A DNA stretch of 63,726 bases, counting the filler, from an uncultured archaeon (lineage in GTDB: Archaea > Nanobdellota > Nanobdellia > Woesearchaeales > CAIVOO01): assembly GCA_903842985.1 (NCBI GenBank). It is 6 parts of 6 records of this genome, joined end to end, with 100 filler letters (N's around TTAATTAATTAA, not from the genome) between each part and the next. Parts side by side here need not be neighbours in the genome. Positions count along the whole stretch, not along the records: positions 1 to 16,527 come from CAIMOB010000046.1; 5 more parts are not named here. The stretch is one strand, 5' to 3'. The notes under the pieces are model-generated. The model was not told the origin of the DNA and made no database searches. It saw only the letters and a list, made by a program, of their open reading frames with translations. Positions 1-8,286 of this stretch are shown here, in pieces. Position 1 is the stretch's first letter; each line of letters begins with the position of its first letter. The position numbers and the translations under genes were made by a program.

Positions 1-650
1 CCATCATATGTTCCTGCGATATGGTACCATTGTCCTGTTGATAATGCTGTTGCTCCGCACCCTCCTCCCCAGTCTCCATAGCCAGTAACCCAAAAGCATG
101 CGTTATCTCCTCCTCCGTCCATTTCAAGCGCATACCCATAGCTCGAACTTCCTGTCTTTTTGACGAGAGCAGAAGAAGCGCTGAAACTGCTGAATTTTAC
201 CCACGCTTCCACAGTTATTGTCGAAGCAGGCTGTAACGAAGCACTATTTGCTGTATCTATGTAATCTCCGTAGCCGCCGGCGAAACTATAGGCGCAGTTC
301 CCTGTCCCAAAAACACAGTCGGTCGTCGGCGTCGTCGCCCCGTGGACTGTTCCGTCATTGTGGTTTGAGGTCTCATCATTTGCATTGCCGTTAAATTTCC
401 AGTAGCCGACCATATCCCCTGTCAGCGGATTTTCAGAGTAAGTGCGGTAAGTAGTTGTGTTAAGGTTTCCAGTGTATGCAATAAATCCAGTCATCCCTCC
501 GCTGAAGAAATTGTAAATGTCGTTCAGAACATCCCAAACCTTTGCCCCAAATTCAGAGACACCAGCTGAGATTTCGTCAGAAACATTTGCAGCAATGCCT
601 ATCTGTACAAGCAATAAAGCCACAACTATCAAAATCAGGGTTTTTCTCAT
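1..650 (-). CDS. Secreted LamG-like jellyroll (ConA-like) domain protein, runs off the window edge
   Basis: Manual translation from ATG at 650 (AGGTG RBS upstream): MRKTLILIVVALLLVQIGIAA signal peptide, then VGYWKFNGNAND, TITVEAWVK and GQWYHIAGTYDG, typical LamG motifs. Confidence 0.85.
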   Translation of the reverse strand, partial: MRKTLILIVVALLLVQIGIAANVSDEISAGVSEFGAKVWDVLNDIYNFFSGGMTGFIAYTGNLNTTTYRTYSENPLTGDMVGYWKFNGNANDETSNHNDGTVHGATTPTTDCVFGTGNCAYSFAGGYGDYIDTANSASLQPASTITVEAWVKFSSFSASSALVKKTGSSSYGYALEMDGGGDNACFWVTGYGDWGGGCGATALSTGQWYHIAGTYD

Positions 651-732
651 CAAAACACCTTTTAATTTAAAGAAATTAGTATATCTGCCATATATAAATG
701 TTTGTGTTTTAAAAATAAAGAAAAATAAAAAA

Positions 733-1572
733 TCAGCTCCATGTCCTTTCATACGAGCCGAGTATCCTGACTGTTATGCTGCCTTTCTCAAGCGCTTTAA
801 TTTTCTCTATGCATTTCTTGAACGCAGCAGAATCCATACTGCCTGCAATTTCAAGGTAAAACATCTGCGGCTCGCCGTTGCTCCTCAAGTTAACTTCATC
901 TATTGCAGGCCTCGAATGTATCTTCTCGATGTTCAATTCAATTCTGCCCAATAAGTCATGCAAAAGCCTTGGCCTGTCGATGCGGGGAGTTATTGCAACC
1001 ATTGTCAGCGGATTTTCCGGGACTTCGCTGCAGTAGTCCCTGGCAACAACATAAAAGTCAGTGAAGTTTTTTCTTCCGTGCTTCTTGTTTCCCACATCTT
1101 CTGCCAAAACAGCAATGTTTCCGAACGCCTCCTTCTTCGCTACCGCAAGCCCGCCGCCATTTACACATTCTTCTATTGCTTTTGAAGTGCTCGCAACAGG
1201 AACCTGCCGTGCATCTGGATAGTTTTGGAACAAATAATTTGAACACTGCGCCAGCGCCTTCGGATGCGAGTAGACCCTGCTGAAATCAGCGTTTCCGTTT
1301 TTCATCCCGATTGCAAACTTGACGTAAACTCTTTCTGCGCCGACAATCTTCAGATTGTTTTCATAAATCAAGTCGAGGCACTCCTGCACAAGCCCTTCAA
1401 GATAGTTGTAGCATGCCATCACCCCACGCTCTGCCTCTTCTTCAGCCACACTCCTTGCGACAGCTTCAATTGATTTTTCATCAATAAGCTCAGCTCCACT
1501 GAATTTTTTTGCAGCCATCTTCGCTGCATCCTCTGTGAACGTTCCTTTCGGTCCCAAATATGCGATTTTCAT
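733..1572 (-). CDS. pheA: Prephenate dehydratase (PDT + ACT-like domain)
   Basis: MKIAYLGPKGTFTE start, VYSHPKALAQC, VASTSKA, NFTDF, KIHSRP, ILGSY; GGAGGT RBS supports the start at 1572 rather than 1605. Confidence 0.92.
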   Translation of the reverse strand: MKIAYLGPKGTFTEDAAKMAAKKFSGAELIDEKSIEAVARSVAEEEAERGVMACYNYLEGLVQECLDLIYENNLKIVGAERVYVKFAIGMKNGNADFSRVYSHPKALAQCSNYLFQNYPDARQVPVASTSKAIEECVNGGGLAVAKKEAFGNIAVLAEDVGNKKHGRKNFTDFYVVARDYCSEVPENPLTMVAITPRIDRPRLLHDLLGRIELNIEKIHSRPAIDEVNLRSNGEPQMFYLEIAGSMDSAAFKKCIEKIKALEKGSITVRILGSYERTWS

Positions 1573-1594
1573 TTTGTTTACCTCCGTAAATTTG

Positions 1595-1654
1595 TCAAGA
1601 ACCAATGTGGTTCTTGAGCATGCTCAGAAACCGCAGGGTGCGGTTTCTGACATG
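1595..1654. repeat. Two abutting perfect hairpins in the pheA 5' leader
   Basis: TCAAGAACCA-ATG-TGGTTCTTGA (1595-1617) and TCAGAAACCGCA-GGG-TGCGGTTTCTGA (1624-1650), joined through GAGCATGCTC. Confidence 0.9.
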
Positions 1655-1742
1655 TTGAATCAGAACAGGCCCCTGTTTTCGCCGACGGCAGAGCGGTTTT
1701 TCAAACCAGCCGCGTTGAGAAAAAGCTTATGAGGGGCTGAAG

Positions 1743-1784
1743 CTAGCAAAAGAATTCAAAACCAAAAAATCTTGATTCAGCCAT
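1743..1784 (-). CDS. Putative Phe-rich leader peptide MAESRFFGFEFFC upstream of pheA
   Basis: ATG GCT GAA TCA AGA TTT TTT GGT TTT GAA TTC TTT TGC TAG; 5 of 13 codons are Phe; starts ~20 nt downstream of a TATA box. Confidence 0.7.
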   Translation of the reverse strand: MAESRFFGFEFFC

Positions 1785-1804
1785 ATTATCTCATATGTTT
1801 TGCT

Positions 1805-1822
1805 TATTTATAAATTTTTTGC
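1805..1822 (-). promoter_or_regulatory. Archaeal BRE/TATA promoter for the leader-pheA transcript
   Basis: Minus strand GCAAAAAA-TTTATAAATA, spaced as for a leaderless start at or near the leader ATG. Confidence 0.65.
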
Positions 1823-1827
1823 AGAAT

Positions 1828-3081
1828 TCATCCGAAAAGATTCTTCATAATTTTCTTCTCATCAAACTTCTCTAAATCATCATAGTTCTGCCCGACGCCG
1901 AGATAATAAATCGGCTTTCTCGTGACATAAGAAATAGAAATGATTGCTCCGCCCTTTTCATCCACATCAGCCTTTGCAAGCACAATGCCGTCAATGCCTG
2001 TCTTTTCTGTGTAAATCTCTGCCTGCTCAACCATGTCATTGCCGGTCAGCGAGTCACCGACAAACACCTTTATGTCCGGCTTCGTAACCCTCATTATCTT
2101 TGCAAGCTCGTCCATCAAATTAGCATTAGAATGGCTTCTTCCGGCAGTGTCAATCAGCACAACATCAATCTTATGCGCCTTTGCATGCTCGATAGCGTCG
2201 AACGCAACAGCTGCGGCATCTGCGCCGTAGTCCTGCTTTATGACTTTTATTCCCAGCTTGTCGCCGTGCTTCTGCAGCTGGTCTATTGCAGCTGCCCTGA
2301 ATGTATCAGCAGCGGCCAGGACACATGAAAAATTATTTTTCTTCAGCAGACTAGCAAGCTTCGCAATTGTTGTTGTTTTTCCGGAGCCGTTGATGCCAAA
2401 GAAACAGATGACACAGGGTCTTTTTTCCTTTAGGACATCCTTTATTTTTTTAAGGAAATCAGCCTTCTCATGAAGCAGGCCTTCGATGCTTTCTTTCAAT
2501 GAACTTTCAATTGTCTCCTCAATCTGCCCTCTTTTCAATTTTTGATTAACAAGCTTATCGCCCATATCTTTTTTTATTTTTTCTATGACAGAAAGCGCGA
2601 CATTGTTCTCAAGCATAGCCATCTCGAGCTCGTTGAAAATCGCCTCAAACTTATCTTCAGAAAGCGTTTTTGTGGTGAAAACCTCGCCGAACTTTTCAAA
2701 GAAACCCTTTTTCTCTTTTTCCTCTTCCTTGACTTCTTCTTTCTCCTCTTCGGCTTTTTCTTCTTCTTTTACAAATTTGTCCTTAAGCTTTGCAAAGAAT
2801 CCCTTTTTTTCAGGTTTTTCTTCTTCTGCCTTTTTTTCTTCCTTAATTTTCTTCTCTTTCTTCGATTTTTCTGCTTTTACTTCTTTTGCCTTGGGCTTCT
2901 CAGCTTTTACCTTCTTTGTTTCTGGCTTTTTTGCATTTTTCTTCGGCTCCAAAGAAAAAGTAGAACTTTTTCTGGGCCCAGTTGAACGTCGTTCAGCTTG
3001 GGTTTCCTCTACTTCTTCCTCAACTTTCTTTGAGAATACAGAAACCGCCTTTTTTAATTTGTCTTTCAGAAATTTAAACAT
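1828..3081 (-). CDS. ftsY: Signal recognition particle receptor FtsY
   Basis: Lys/Glu-rich N-terminus; GINGSGKTTT, DTFRAAA, DTAGR and KADVDEKGG SRP-GTPase motifs. Confidence 0.97.
   Translation of the reverse strand: MFKFLKDKLKKAVSVFSKKVEEEVEETQAERRSTGPRKSSTFSLEPKKNAKKPETKKVKAEKPKAKEVKAEKSKKEKKIKEEKKAEEEKPEKKGFFAKLKDKFVKEEEKAEEEKEEVKEEEKEKKGFFEKFGEVFTTKTLSEDKFEAIFNELEMAMLENNVALSVIEKIKKDMGDKLVNQKLKRGQIEETIESSLKESIEGLLHEKADFLKKIKDVLKEKRPCVICFFGINGSGKTTTIAKLASLLKKNNFSCVLAAADTFRAAAIDQLQKHGDKLGIKVIKQDYGADAAAVAFDAIEHAKAHKIDVVLIDTAGRSHSNANLMDELAKIMRVTKPDIKVFVGDSLTGNDMVEQAEIYTEKTGIDGIVLAKADVDEKGGAIISISYVTRKPIYYLGVGQNYDDLEKFDEKKIMKNLFG
2945..3003. repeat. Two palindromic hairpins inside the ftsY coding sequence, in frame
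   Basis: AGAAAAAGT-AGA-ACTTTTTCT and CCCAGTTGAAC-GTC-GTTCAGCTTGGG; they encode AERRSTGPRKSSTFSLEP within an otherwise K/E low-complexity linker. Confidence 0.7.
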
Positions 3082-3082
3082 G

Positions 3083-3481
3083 TTACCTTAACTCTTCTTC
3101 AATCTCCATTGCGCGCCTTTCAAGCATCTGCAGGTTTTTGAAAACCTCTTCCCTGAACCTTGCAAGCTCCAGCTTTTGTGACTTAAGCATTTCGGCTGCA
3201 TCATCGATTGTTTTTTCGACGGCAGTTCCTGCACCGACATTCACAATGCACTTTTTGTTGTCCTTTAATTCTCCCCTGAGGAAAATTCCCGGAGCCACAG
3301 GGAACATGACGCTTTCGTCAACGCCTGTTTTTCCGACGCTTTTGATTCCTTCAATTGAAATTTCAAGTTCGGCAATCTGCGACTCGATTGCAATTGCCTG
3401 CTGCTGAAGCTGCTTCATCTGCTGCCCGATAAGCTGCATCTCAAAGTACTTTTCCTGCATTTCCTTTTCTTTCTCAGGCAT
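3083..3481 (-). CDS. pfdA: Prefoldin subunit alpha
   Basis: Coiled coils flanking FPVAPGIFLRG...IVNVGAGTAVEK beta-hairpins. Confidence 0.95.
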   Translation of the reverse strand: MPEKEKEMQEKYFEMQLIGQQMKQLQQQAIAIESQIAELEISIEGIKSVGKTGVDESVMFPVAPGIFLRGELKDNKKCIVNVGAGTAVEKTIDDAAEMLKSQKLELARFREEVFKNLQMLERRAMEIEEELR

Positions 3482-4208
3482 TTTTCTCCTCTTTCGCTCC
3501 CTGAAGCTTAACTTCTATGTTTCCAAAGTCAATTTCCTGTTCCAAGTCCACCTTTCCCTGGTTTGTCAGGTGAAGCAGTGGTACGAATGTGTAAACCTTG
3601 TCTTCTTTTGTTCCGCCGTTTCCGATAAGGTCTGTGAAATAAATCTTGTCTTTTGTGCCGAACATTTTCTTGATCTGCTGATAAAGTTCATAAATAACTT
3701 TTGTTATGTCAACCCTCTTTTCAGGTACAAGCATCTGAGGCACTTCAACCTCCCTTAAAACCCTCCTTCTTCTGACTTCCAGCGCCTTTGTCAGCGCATC
3801 AATCAGGTCGTAGACAGAAACCTTTCTCTTTCTCGGCTGGGGCGTTTTTGGAATAAGTGTTATCTTGTCCATTGGCAGGTCTTTCAAAGGCATCTGGTCG
3901 TAATAACTATCCTCATCAAGCGCAGCCGGCGGGTTTATCATATTGTTCAGGTTTGCTATATCAAAATCCAAAAATCTTGTTGATTTTATGTGCAGAAGGA
4001 TAGCTGCAGCAAGCAGAACCTTTCCCGAAAGCCTGAAATCGAACTCATGAAGTTTTTTTACGACTTCTATGTATTTTTGTGCAAGCAGCGAGACATCGAT
4101 GTCCCATGCATCTATCTGCTCTGTCTTCACAAGCTCGTGGATTATGGACTGCCAGCTAATCTCATCTTCCTTCAGAAGCATGCTCAGTATATCCTCATTT
4201 ACTGCCAT
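3474..4208 (-). CDS. scpA: Segregation and condensation protein A (kleisin)
   Basis: IDAWDIDVSLLAQKY, SGKVLLAAAILLHIKS, RKVSVYDLIDAL, TFVPLLHL...LEQEIDFGNI. Confidence 0.92.
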   Translation of the reverse strand: MAVNEDILSMLLKEDEISWQSIIHELVKTEQIDAWDIDVSLLAQKYIEVVKKLHEFDFRLSGKVLLAAAILLHIKSTRFLDFDIANLNNMINPPAALDEDSYYDQMPLKDLPMDKITLIPKTPQPRKRKVSVYDLIDALTKALEVRRRRVLREVEVPQMLVPEKRVDITKVIYELYQQIKKMFGTKDKIYFTDLIGNGGTKEDKVYTFVPLLHLTNQGKVDLEQEIDFGNIEVKLQGAKEEKNA

Positions 4209-4331
4209 ATTCTTTTTTTAATATATATTATTTATAAATTTAACCCTTAAAAAGCGATAAATTTAAATATATCTGTATTCTCAGTTTGTTTTAACTCATA
4301 TTCAAAAAAAAATAAAAAGGAGGTTGTTCTG

Positions 4332-4883
4332 ATGGCAAAAAAGAAAAAGAAAGCAGCAGAAGCTAAGGAAGCAAAGCCCGCAAAGAAAGAAGAGAAGGGC
4401 AGATATATCACAGGAATTGTGATAGCGATAATAATTATTGTCGTGCTTATACTGCTCTTAAGGTCGTGCATGATGAAACCTGAAGCAGCACCTGTCAAAC
4501 CAACAGGACCGCAGGCGCCAGTTACACCAGCAGCACCAGGGCCATCCGCAGCTTCGGAAAAACCCGAAGAAATAAAGATGTGCTCAATTGACAATGCAAT
4601 TGGCTATGTTCCTGGAACATGCGCAATCGGCGCAGACAAGGTCTCATTGACTTTGAAGGGGCAGGGAGTTGCAGGAATTCAGGGTGTCTGGTTTTACATG
4701 ACAGATAGTGACGGAAAAGTCAATTATTGGAAAGACACGACAAGCGGAGCACAGGATGCGAATGTTGTATTCAGCGTTCCTGCAAAGAATATTGCAGAAA
4801 TGCTTGCGCTTCCAATGAAAGACGGCAAAGCTTGCTTTAACCAGAGAATATATGTAGTTAAGGCGTCAAGCTGCTTAAGATAA
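4332..4883 (+). CDS. Membrane-anchored hypothetical protein with Pro-rich linker and Cys-containing extracellular domain
   Basis: Basic N-terminus, one TM helix, AGGAGG RBS, T-rich terminator downstream. Confidence 0.8.
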   Translation: MAKKKKKAAEAKEAKPAKKEEKGRYITGIVIAIIIIVVLILLLRSCMMKPEAAPVKPTGPQAPVTPAAPGPSAASEKPEEIKMCSIDNAIGYVPGTCAIGADKVSLTLKGQGVAGIQGVWFYMTDSDGKVNYWKDTTSGAQDANVVFSVPAKNIAEMLALPMKDGKACFNQRIYVVKASSCLR

Positions 4884-4915
4884 ATTTTTTTTATTTTTTT
4901 ATTAAATTTTTTTAA
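4884..4915 (+). terminator. Oligo-T archaeal terminator
   Basis: ATTTTTTTTATTTTTTTATTAAATTTTTTT directly after the stop codon. Confidence 0.55.
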
Positions 4916-4971
4916 TTCTGGATTATTTCATCAAAACCTTTTTAAACAAGCATTGTTGTTTTTCCTTTAGC

Positions 4972-5059
4972 GGGCCCGTAGTCTAGCGGTTATGACGTCG
5001 CCCTTACAAGCGCATGCTCAGAAAGGCGAAGGTCCCCGGTTCGAATCCGGGCGGGCCCA
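4972..5059 (+). tRNA. tRNA-Val(TAC) with 15-nt intron at 37/38 (5009-5023)
   Basis: GGGCCCG acceptor stem, TCGCC/GGCGA anticodon stem, TTCGAAT T-loop, relaxed BHB around the intron. Confidence 0.92.
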
Positions 5060-5067
5060 TTTAATTC

Positions 5068-5478
5068 TTATAGATGATTTGCATTACAGAAATCCTCTTC
5101 TTTCATATCTTCAGGGAAAATCAGATATTCATAAAGCAAATCTTTAGCATCTTCTTCAACTTCCTGGACACTGTCCTTTGTTCTTAAATCCTTTGTAAAA
5201 AGTATCCCCTGCAAACCATCATAGGCGCTAATAACGCTTGCAACCATCATCCCAATTTTACTTTCAGCAGTATACGGGTCATTGGTCACATCATTTGCCA
5301 AGGAAACCATCCACTGTCCATATTCTTTTTCCATATATTTTTGACTGGCTTCGATATATTGTCTATTGCCTGCTTCGCCATTGTAGGCAATATTCAATAG
5401 TATCTCTTCTAAATCCTCAGATACTTCTTGCAGCTTTTCTAATTCTGCGCCCCCAAAAACAGCTAAAACATTTGCCAT
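5068..5478 (-). CDS. Acidic hypothetical protein
   Basis: 136-aa ORF with its own AT-rich upstream region; no motif recognised. Confidence 0.65.
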   Translation of the reverse strand: MANVLAVFGGAELEKLQEVSEDLEEILLNIAYNGEAGNRQYIEASQKYMEKEYGQWMVSLANDVTNDPYTAESKIGMMVASVISAYDGLQGILFTKDLRTKDSVQEVEEDAKDLLYEYLIFPEDMKEEDFCNANHL

Positions 5479-5509
5479 TGTAAAAGAGAATGAACACTAA
5501 CTTAAAAAT

Positions 5510-6256
5510 TTATTTCTTCACAACAACAAAATCACATTCGCTGTAAGAATACATTCTGCCCAGAATGAGTGTGAAACTGCCGAAGTCTTTCATTTCCTTT
5601 TTATTCATCCAGAATGTCTGGTTGTTAAGTGTCAGCTGGCATTTATCATATTGGATGTCCAGCAGCGTGAAATCCAATGATAAATCATCTCTTTCGTATT
5701 TTTCCTCTTTGTCGCCCTTCTTCAGCACAACTAAATTCGGATACCAGTCTCCGTACTTGTCATACAAGCCCCAGAACCGTAATCTGAATGAAGGGGTATA
5801 ATTTGCAGTCATGTTTCCAATCATACAGACAACTTCCTTGTCGTTGATAGCTATTTCCTGCTTGTCGCTGATATTCATATCACTGACTAAATAGTTTGGT
5901 GGGATTATGCTAATGAGCCTCATTTTGTTTTGTCCAGGGCTGAATTTTTCGTAGACCCTGTCAAGGAATGTGTAGCTTCCTTCGTGCCTCAGCACCTTGC
6001 ATCTTTCCCCAGCACCGCTGTTTTTTATCCATAAATAATAGTTAAACGGTTTGCCTGATTCGGTCAGAACATCAATCAGCACGCTTCCGTTTTCATCGCC
6101 GTAATAAACATAGTTATTCATCCCAGGCGTTTCATTGAGTATTTCGTTTTGCTCTTCACTATCGCAAATAGAATTCTTATTATTATCAAAACAGCTTTTT
6201 TGAGTGCAGCCTACCAGCAACAGCAAAACCGCAGCCAAAAACACCAGTTTTTTCAT
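5510..6256 (-). CDS. Putative lipoprotein
   Basis: MKKLVFLAAVLLLLVGC lipobox-type signal; CFDNNKNSICD motif. Confidence 0.75.
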   Translation of the reverse strand: MKKLVFLAAVLLLLVGCTQKSCFDNNKNSICDSEEQNEILNETPGMNNYVYYGDENGSVLIDVLTESGKPFNYYLWIKNSGAGERCKVLRHEGSYTFLDRVYEKFSPGQNKMRLISIIPPNYLVSDMNISDKQEIAINDKEVVCMIGNMTANYTPSFRLRFWGLYDKYGDWYPNLVVLKKGDKEEKYERDDLSLDFTLLDIQYDKCQLTLNNQTFWMNKKEMKDFGSFTLILGRMYSYSECDFVVVKK

Positions 6257-6359
6257 TGCGCCATAAATGGCATCTTCCAGCTTTTAAACTTTATGGTTTT
6301 GTATATTTGTATATTATAGAAATATTTATATATCATGATTAAGCGTTTGTTTATTATCT

Positions 6360-6433
6360 GCGCCGGTAGTCTAGCCTGGCTAGGACACGAGGTTGCCAAT
6401 CTTGTAACCCGGGTTCAAATCCCGGCCGGCGCA
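6360..6433 (+). tRNA. tRNA-Gly(GCC)
   Basis: GCGCCGG/CCGGCGC acceptor stem, TT-GCC-AA anticodon loop, TTCAAAT T-loop. Confidence 0.95.
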
Positions 6434-6500
6434 TAGATTATTTTCTTATTCGCTTATCCGCGAAAGTTTTATAAACAAATATTAAAGTTTTAAATTCATT

Positions 6501-6598
6501 GGGCCCGTAGCTCAGCCTGGTTGGAGCGCTGGTCTTATATGGCCGCCATTGGAGCTTAAGAGAGCCAGTGGTCCGGAGTTCAAATCTCCGCGGGCCCA
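6501..6598 (+). tRNA. tRNA-Ile(TAT) with 23-nt intron at 37/38 (6540-6562)
   Basis: GGGCCCG acceptor stem, CT-TAT-A loop; exon CTTA pairs with intron TAAG as the BHB central helix. Confidence 0.9.
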
Positions 6599-6603
6599 TA
6601 GCA

Positions 6604-6655
6604 CGCGGTCTGATAATCCCAGACGAGTTCACGAGTCGGGATTATCTTTATCGCG
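6604..6655. repeat. Palindromic hairpin downstream of tRNA-Ile, related to the element at 25129-25172
   Basis: CGCGGT-CT-GATAATCCC-A-GAC-loop-GTC-GGGATTATC-TTT-ATCGCG. Confidence 0.75.
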
Positions 6656-6695
6656 CGCCAATATTTATTTTACAGCGAATAGGAGAATCGAATAA

Positions 6696-7487
6696 ATGAT
6701 TTCAATAAAAGTCAGCAAATTAACAAAGAGGTTCAAAAGATTTACCGCAGTTAACAATATTTCATTTAGTGTTAACGAAGGCGAGATTTTCGCTTTTCTC
6801 GGGCCAAACGGCGCAGGCAAGACAACAACAATAAAGATGCTCACTACTCTTTTGGATCCTTCCAGCGGCACTTTGTCTCTTAACGGCGCAGATCCTGTAA
6901 AAGAAAAAAACACAGTTAGGAAAAGCTTCGGCATAGTTTTCCAGGACCCAAGCTCTGACGACGAGCTCACAGCATACGAGAACCTGGAGTTTCACGGCAT
7001 TCTTTACAAGGTGCCGAAAAAATTGCTTAAGCACAGGATAGAGGAGCTGCTGAAATTTGTCGAGCTCTGGGACAGGAGAGACAGCATGGTAAAGACATTT
7101 TCTGGCGGAATGAAGCGAAGGCTTGAAATTGCGCGCGGATTTCTTCATCATCCAAAAATACTTTTCCTCGACGAACCGACAATCGGGCTTGACCCTCAGA
7201 CAAGAAGCCACATTTGGGAATATGTGAAGAAATTGAACAAGGAGGAAAAGATAACTGTGTTCTTCACGACGCACTACATGGAGGAGGCTGAACGCGTTGC
7301 AGATAAAATAGCAATTATTGATCACGGGAAAATAATAGACATTGGAACTGCAAAAAAGCTGAAGAAGGACACGAAAACAAGGAACCTGGAAGACGCTTTT
7401 ATCAAGCTTACAGGACACGCGATAAGGGATGAGGAATCAACGCCAGCTGAAAATATGAGGATGAGGATCAGGGCGAGGAATAGGTAA
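6696..7487 (+). CDS. ABC exporter ATP-binding protein (DrrA-like)
   Basis: GPNGAGKTT Walker A, FSGGMKRR signature, LFLDEPT Walker B, TTHYMEEA. Confidence 0.95.
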   Translation: MISIKVSKLTKRFKRFTAVNNISFSVNEGEIFAFLGPNGAGKTTTIKMLTTLLDPSSGTLSLNGADPVKEKNTVRKSFGIVFQDPSSDDELTAYENLEFHGILYKVPKKLLKHRIEELLKFVELWDRRDSMVKTFSGGMKRRLEIARGFLHHPKILFLDEPTIGLDPQTRSHIWEYVKKLNKEEKITVFFTTHYMEEAERVADKIAIIDHGKIIDIGTAKKLKKDTKTRNLEDAFIKLTGHAIRDEESTPAENMRMRIRARNR

Positions 7488-7488
7488 A

Positions 7489-8235
7489 ATGGGCGCAATC
7501 TACATAATGTGGCTGAGGCAGCTGAAAAGATACTTTCGTTCAAAATCAAGATTGATCGGCGCATTTGGGCAGCCGCTGCTGTTTTTGCTTGCGCTTGGGT
7601 TCGGTTTTGGCCCTGTTTTCAAGCAGGCGGGGCAGGGGGATTATATCTCATTTTTGGTGCCAGGCATTGTAGCAATGACTGTGCTGTTCACTTCATTGTC
7701 ATCAGGGATTGAAATAATCTGGGACAGGCAATTCGGATTTTTGAAGGAAACACTGGTTGCACCTGTTCCCCGCCTGAAGATTATGATTGGCAGGACACTC
7801 GGCGGGGCAACTCTTGCAATTTTTCAGGCAATCATTGTGCTGCTCCTGTCATTGTTTGTGGGGTTCAAAGTGCCAGATGTCCACTCGTTTTTAATTGCAT
7901 TGATGTTTATGATTTTCATTGCTCTCATATTCACTGCATTGGGCACAGCGATTGCGTCAAGAATGCAGGATTTTCACGGCTTCCAATTGATAATGAATTT
8001 CCTGGTGATGCCACTGTTCTTCCTGTCAGGCGCTATTTTTCCGCTTCAGGGCCTGCCGAAAATATTGGATATTATAGTTAGACTCAACCCGCTCTCATAT
8101 GGAGTTGACGGCGTCAGGGGAGCATTGTCAGGAGTTTTCCACTACGGACTGGCTCTTGACCTTCTGGTGCTGGCGTCTGTCGCAGCTGTTCTGCTTGCCA
8201 TCGGAAGCTACCTTTTCTCGAAGGTTCAGATTTAG
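7489..8235 (+). CDS. ABC-2 type permease (DrrB-like)
   Basis: About six TM helices; DRQFGFLKETLVAP, FLSGAIFP, NPLSYGVD. Confidence 0.93.
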   Translation: MGAIYIMWLRQLKRYFRSKSRLIGAFGQPLLFLLALGFGFGPVFKQAGQGDYISFLVPGIVAMTVLFTSLSSGIEIIWDRQFGFLKETLVAPVPRLKIMIGRTLGGATLAIFQAIIVLLLSLFVGFKVPDVHSFLIALMFMIFIALIFTALGTAIASRMQDFHGFQLIMNFLVMPLFFLSGAIFPLQGLPKILDIIVRLNPLSYGVDGVRGALSGVFHYGLALDLLVLASVAAVLLAIGSYLFSKVQI

Positions 8236-8286
8236 ACAAACAAAACAAAACCTTTTTAAATGTGTGATTTAGCCCTTGATATCATT

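Noticed and set aside
1573..1732. N-terminal extension of PheA (MVLDKFTEVNK) and the plus-strand 65-aa ORF
   Set aside because: Both run through the hairpin array; the RBS and family alignment place the PheA start at 1572.
517..3091. Plus-strand ORFs overlapping pheA and ftsY, and similar antisense ORFs throughout the window
   Set aside because: Shadow frames of well-supported genes, with no motifs or initiation signals.
6438..6632. 64-aa minus-strand ORF
   Set aside because: It is the antisense reading of tRNA-Ile.
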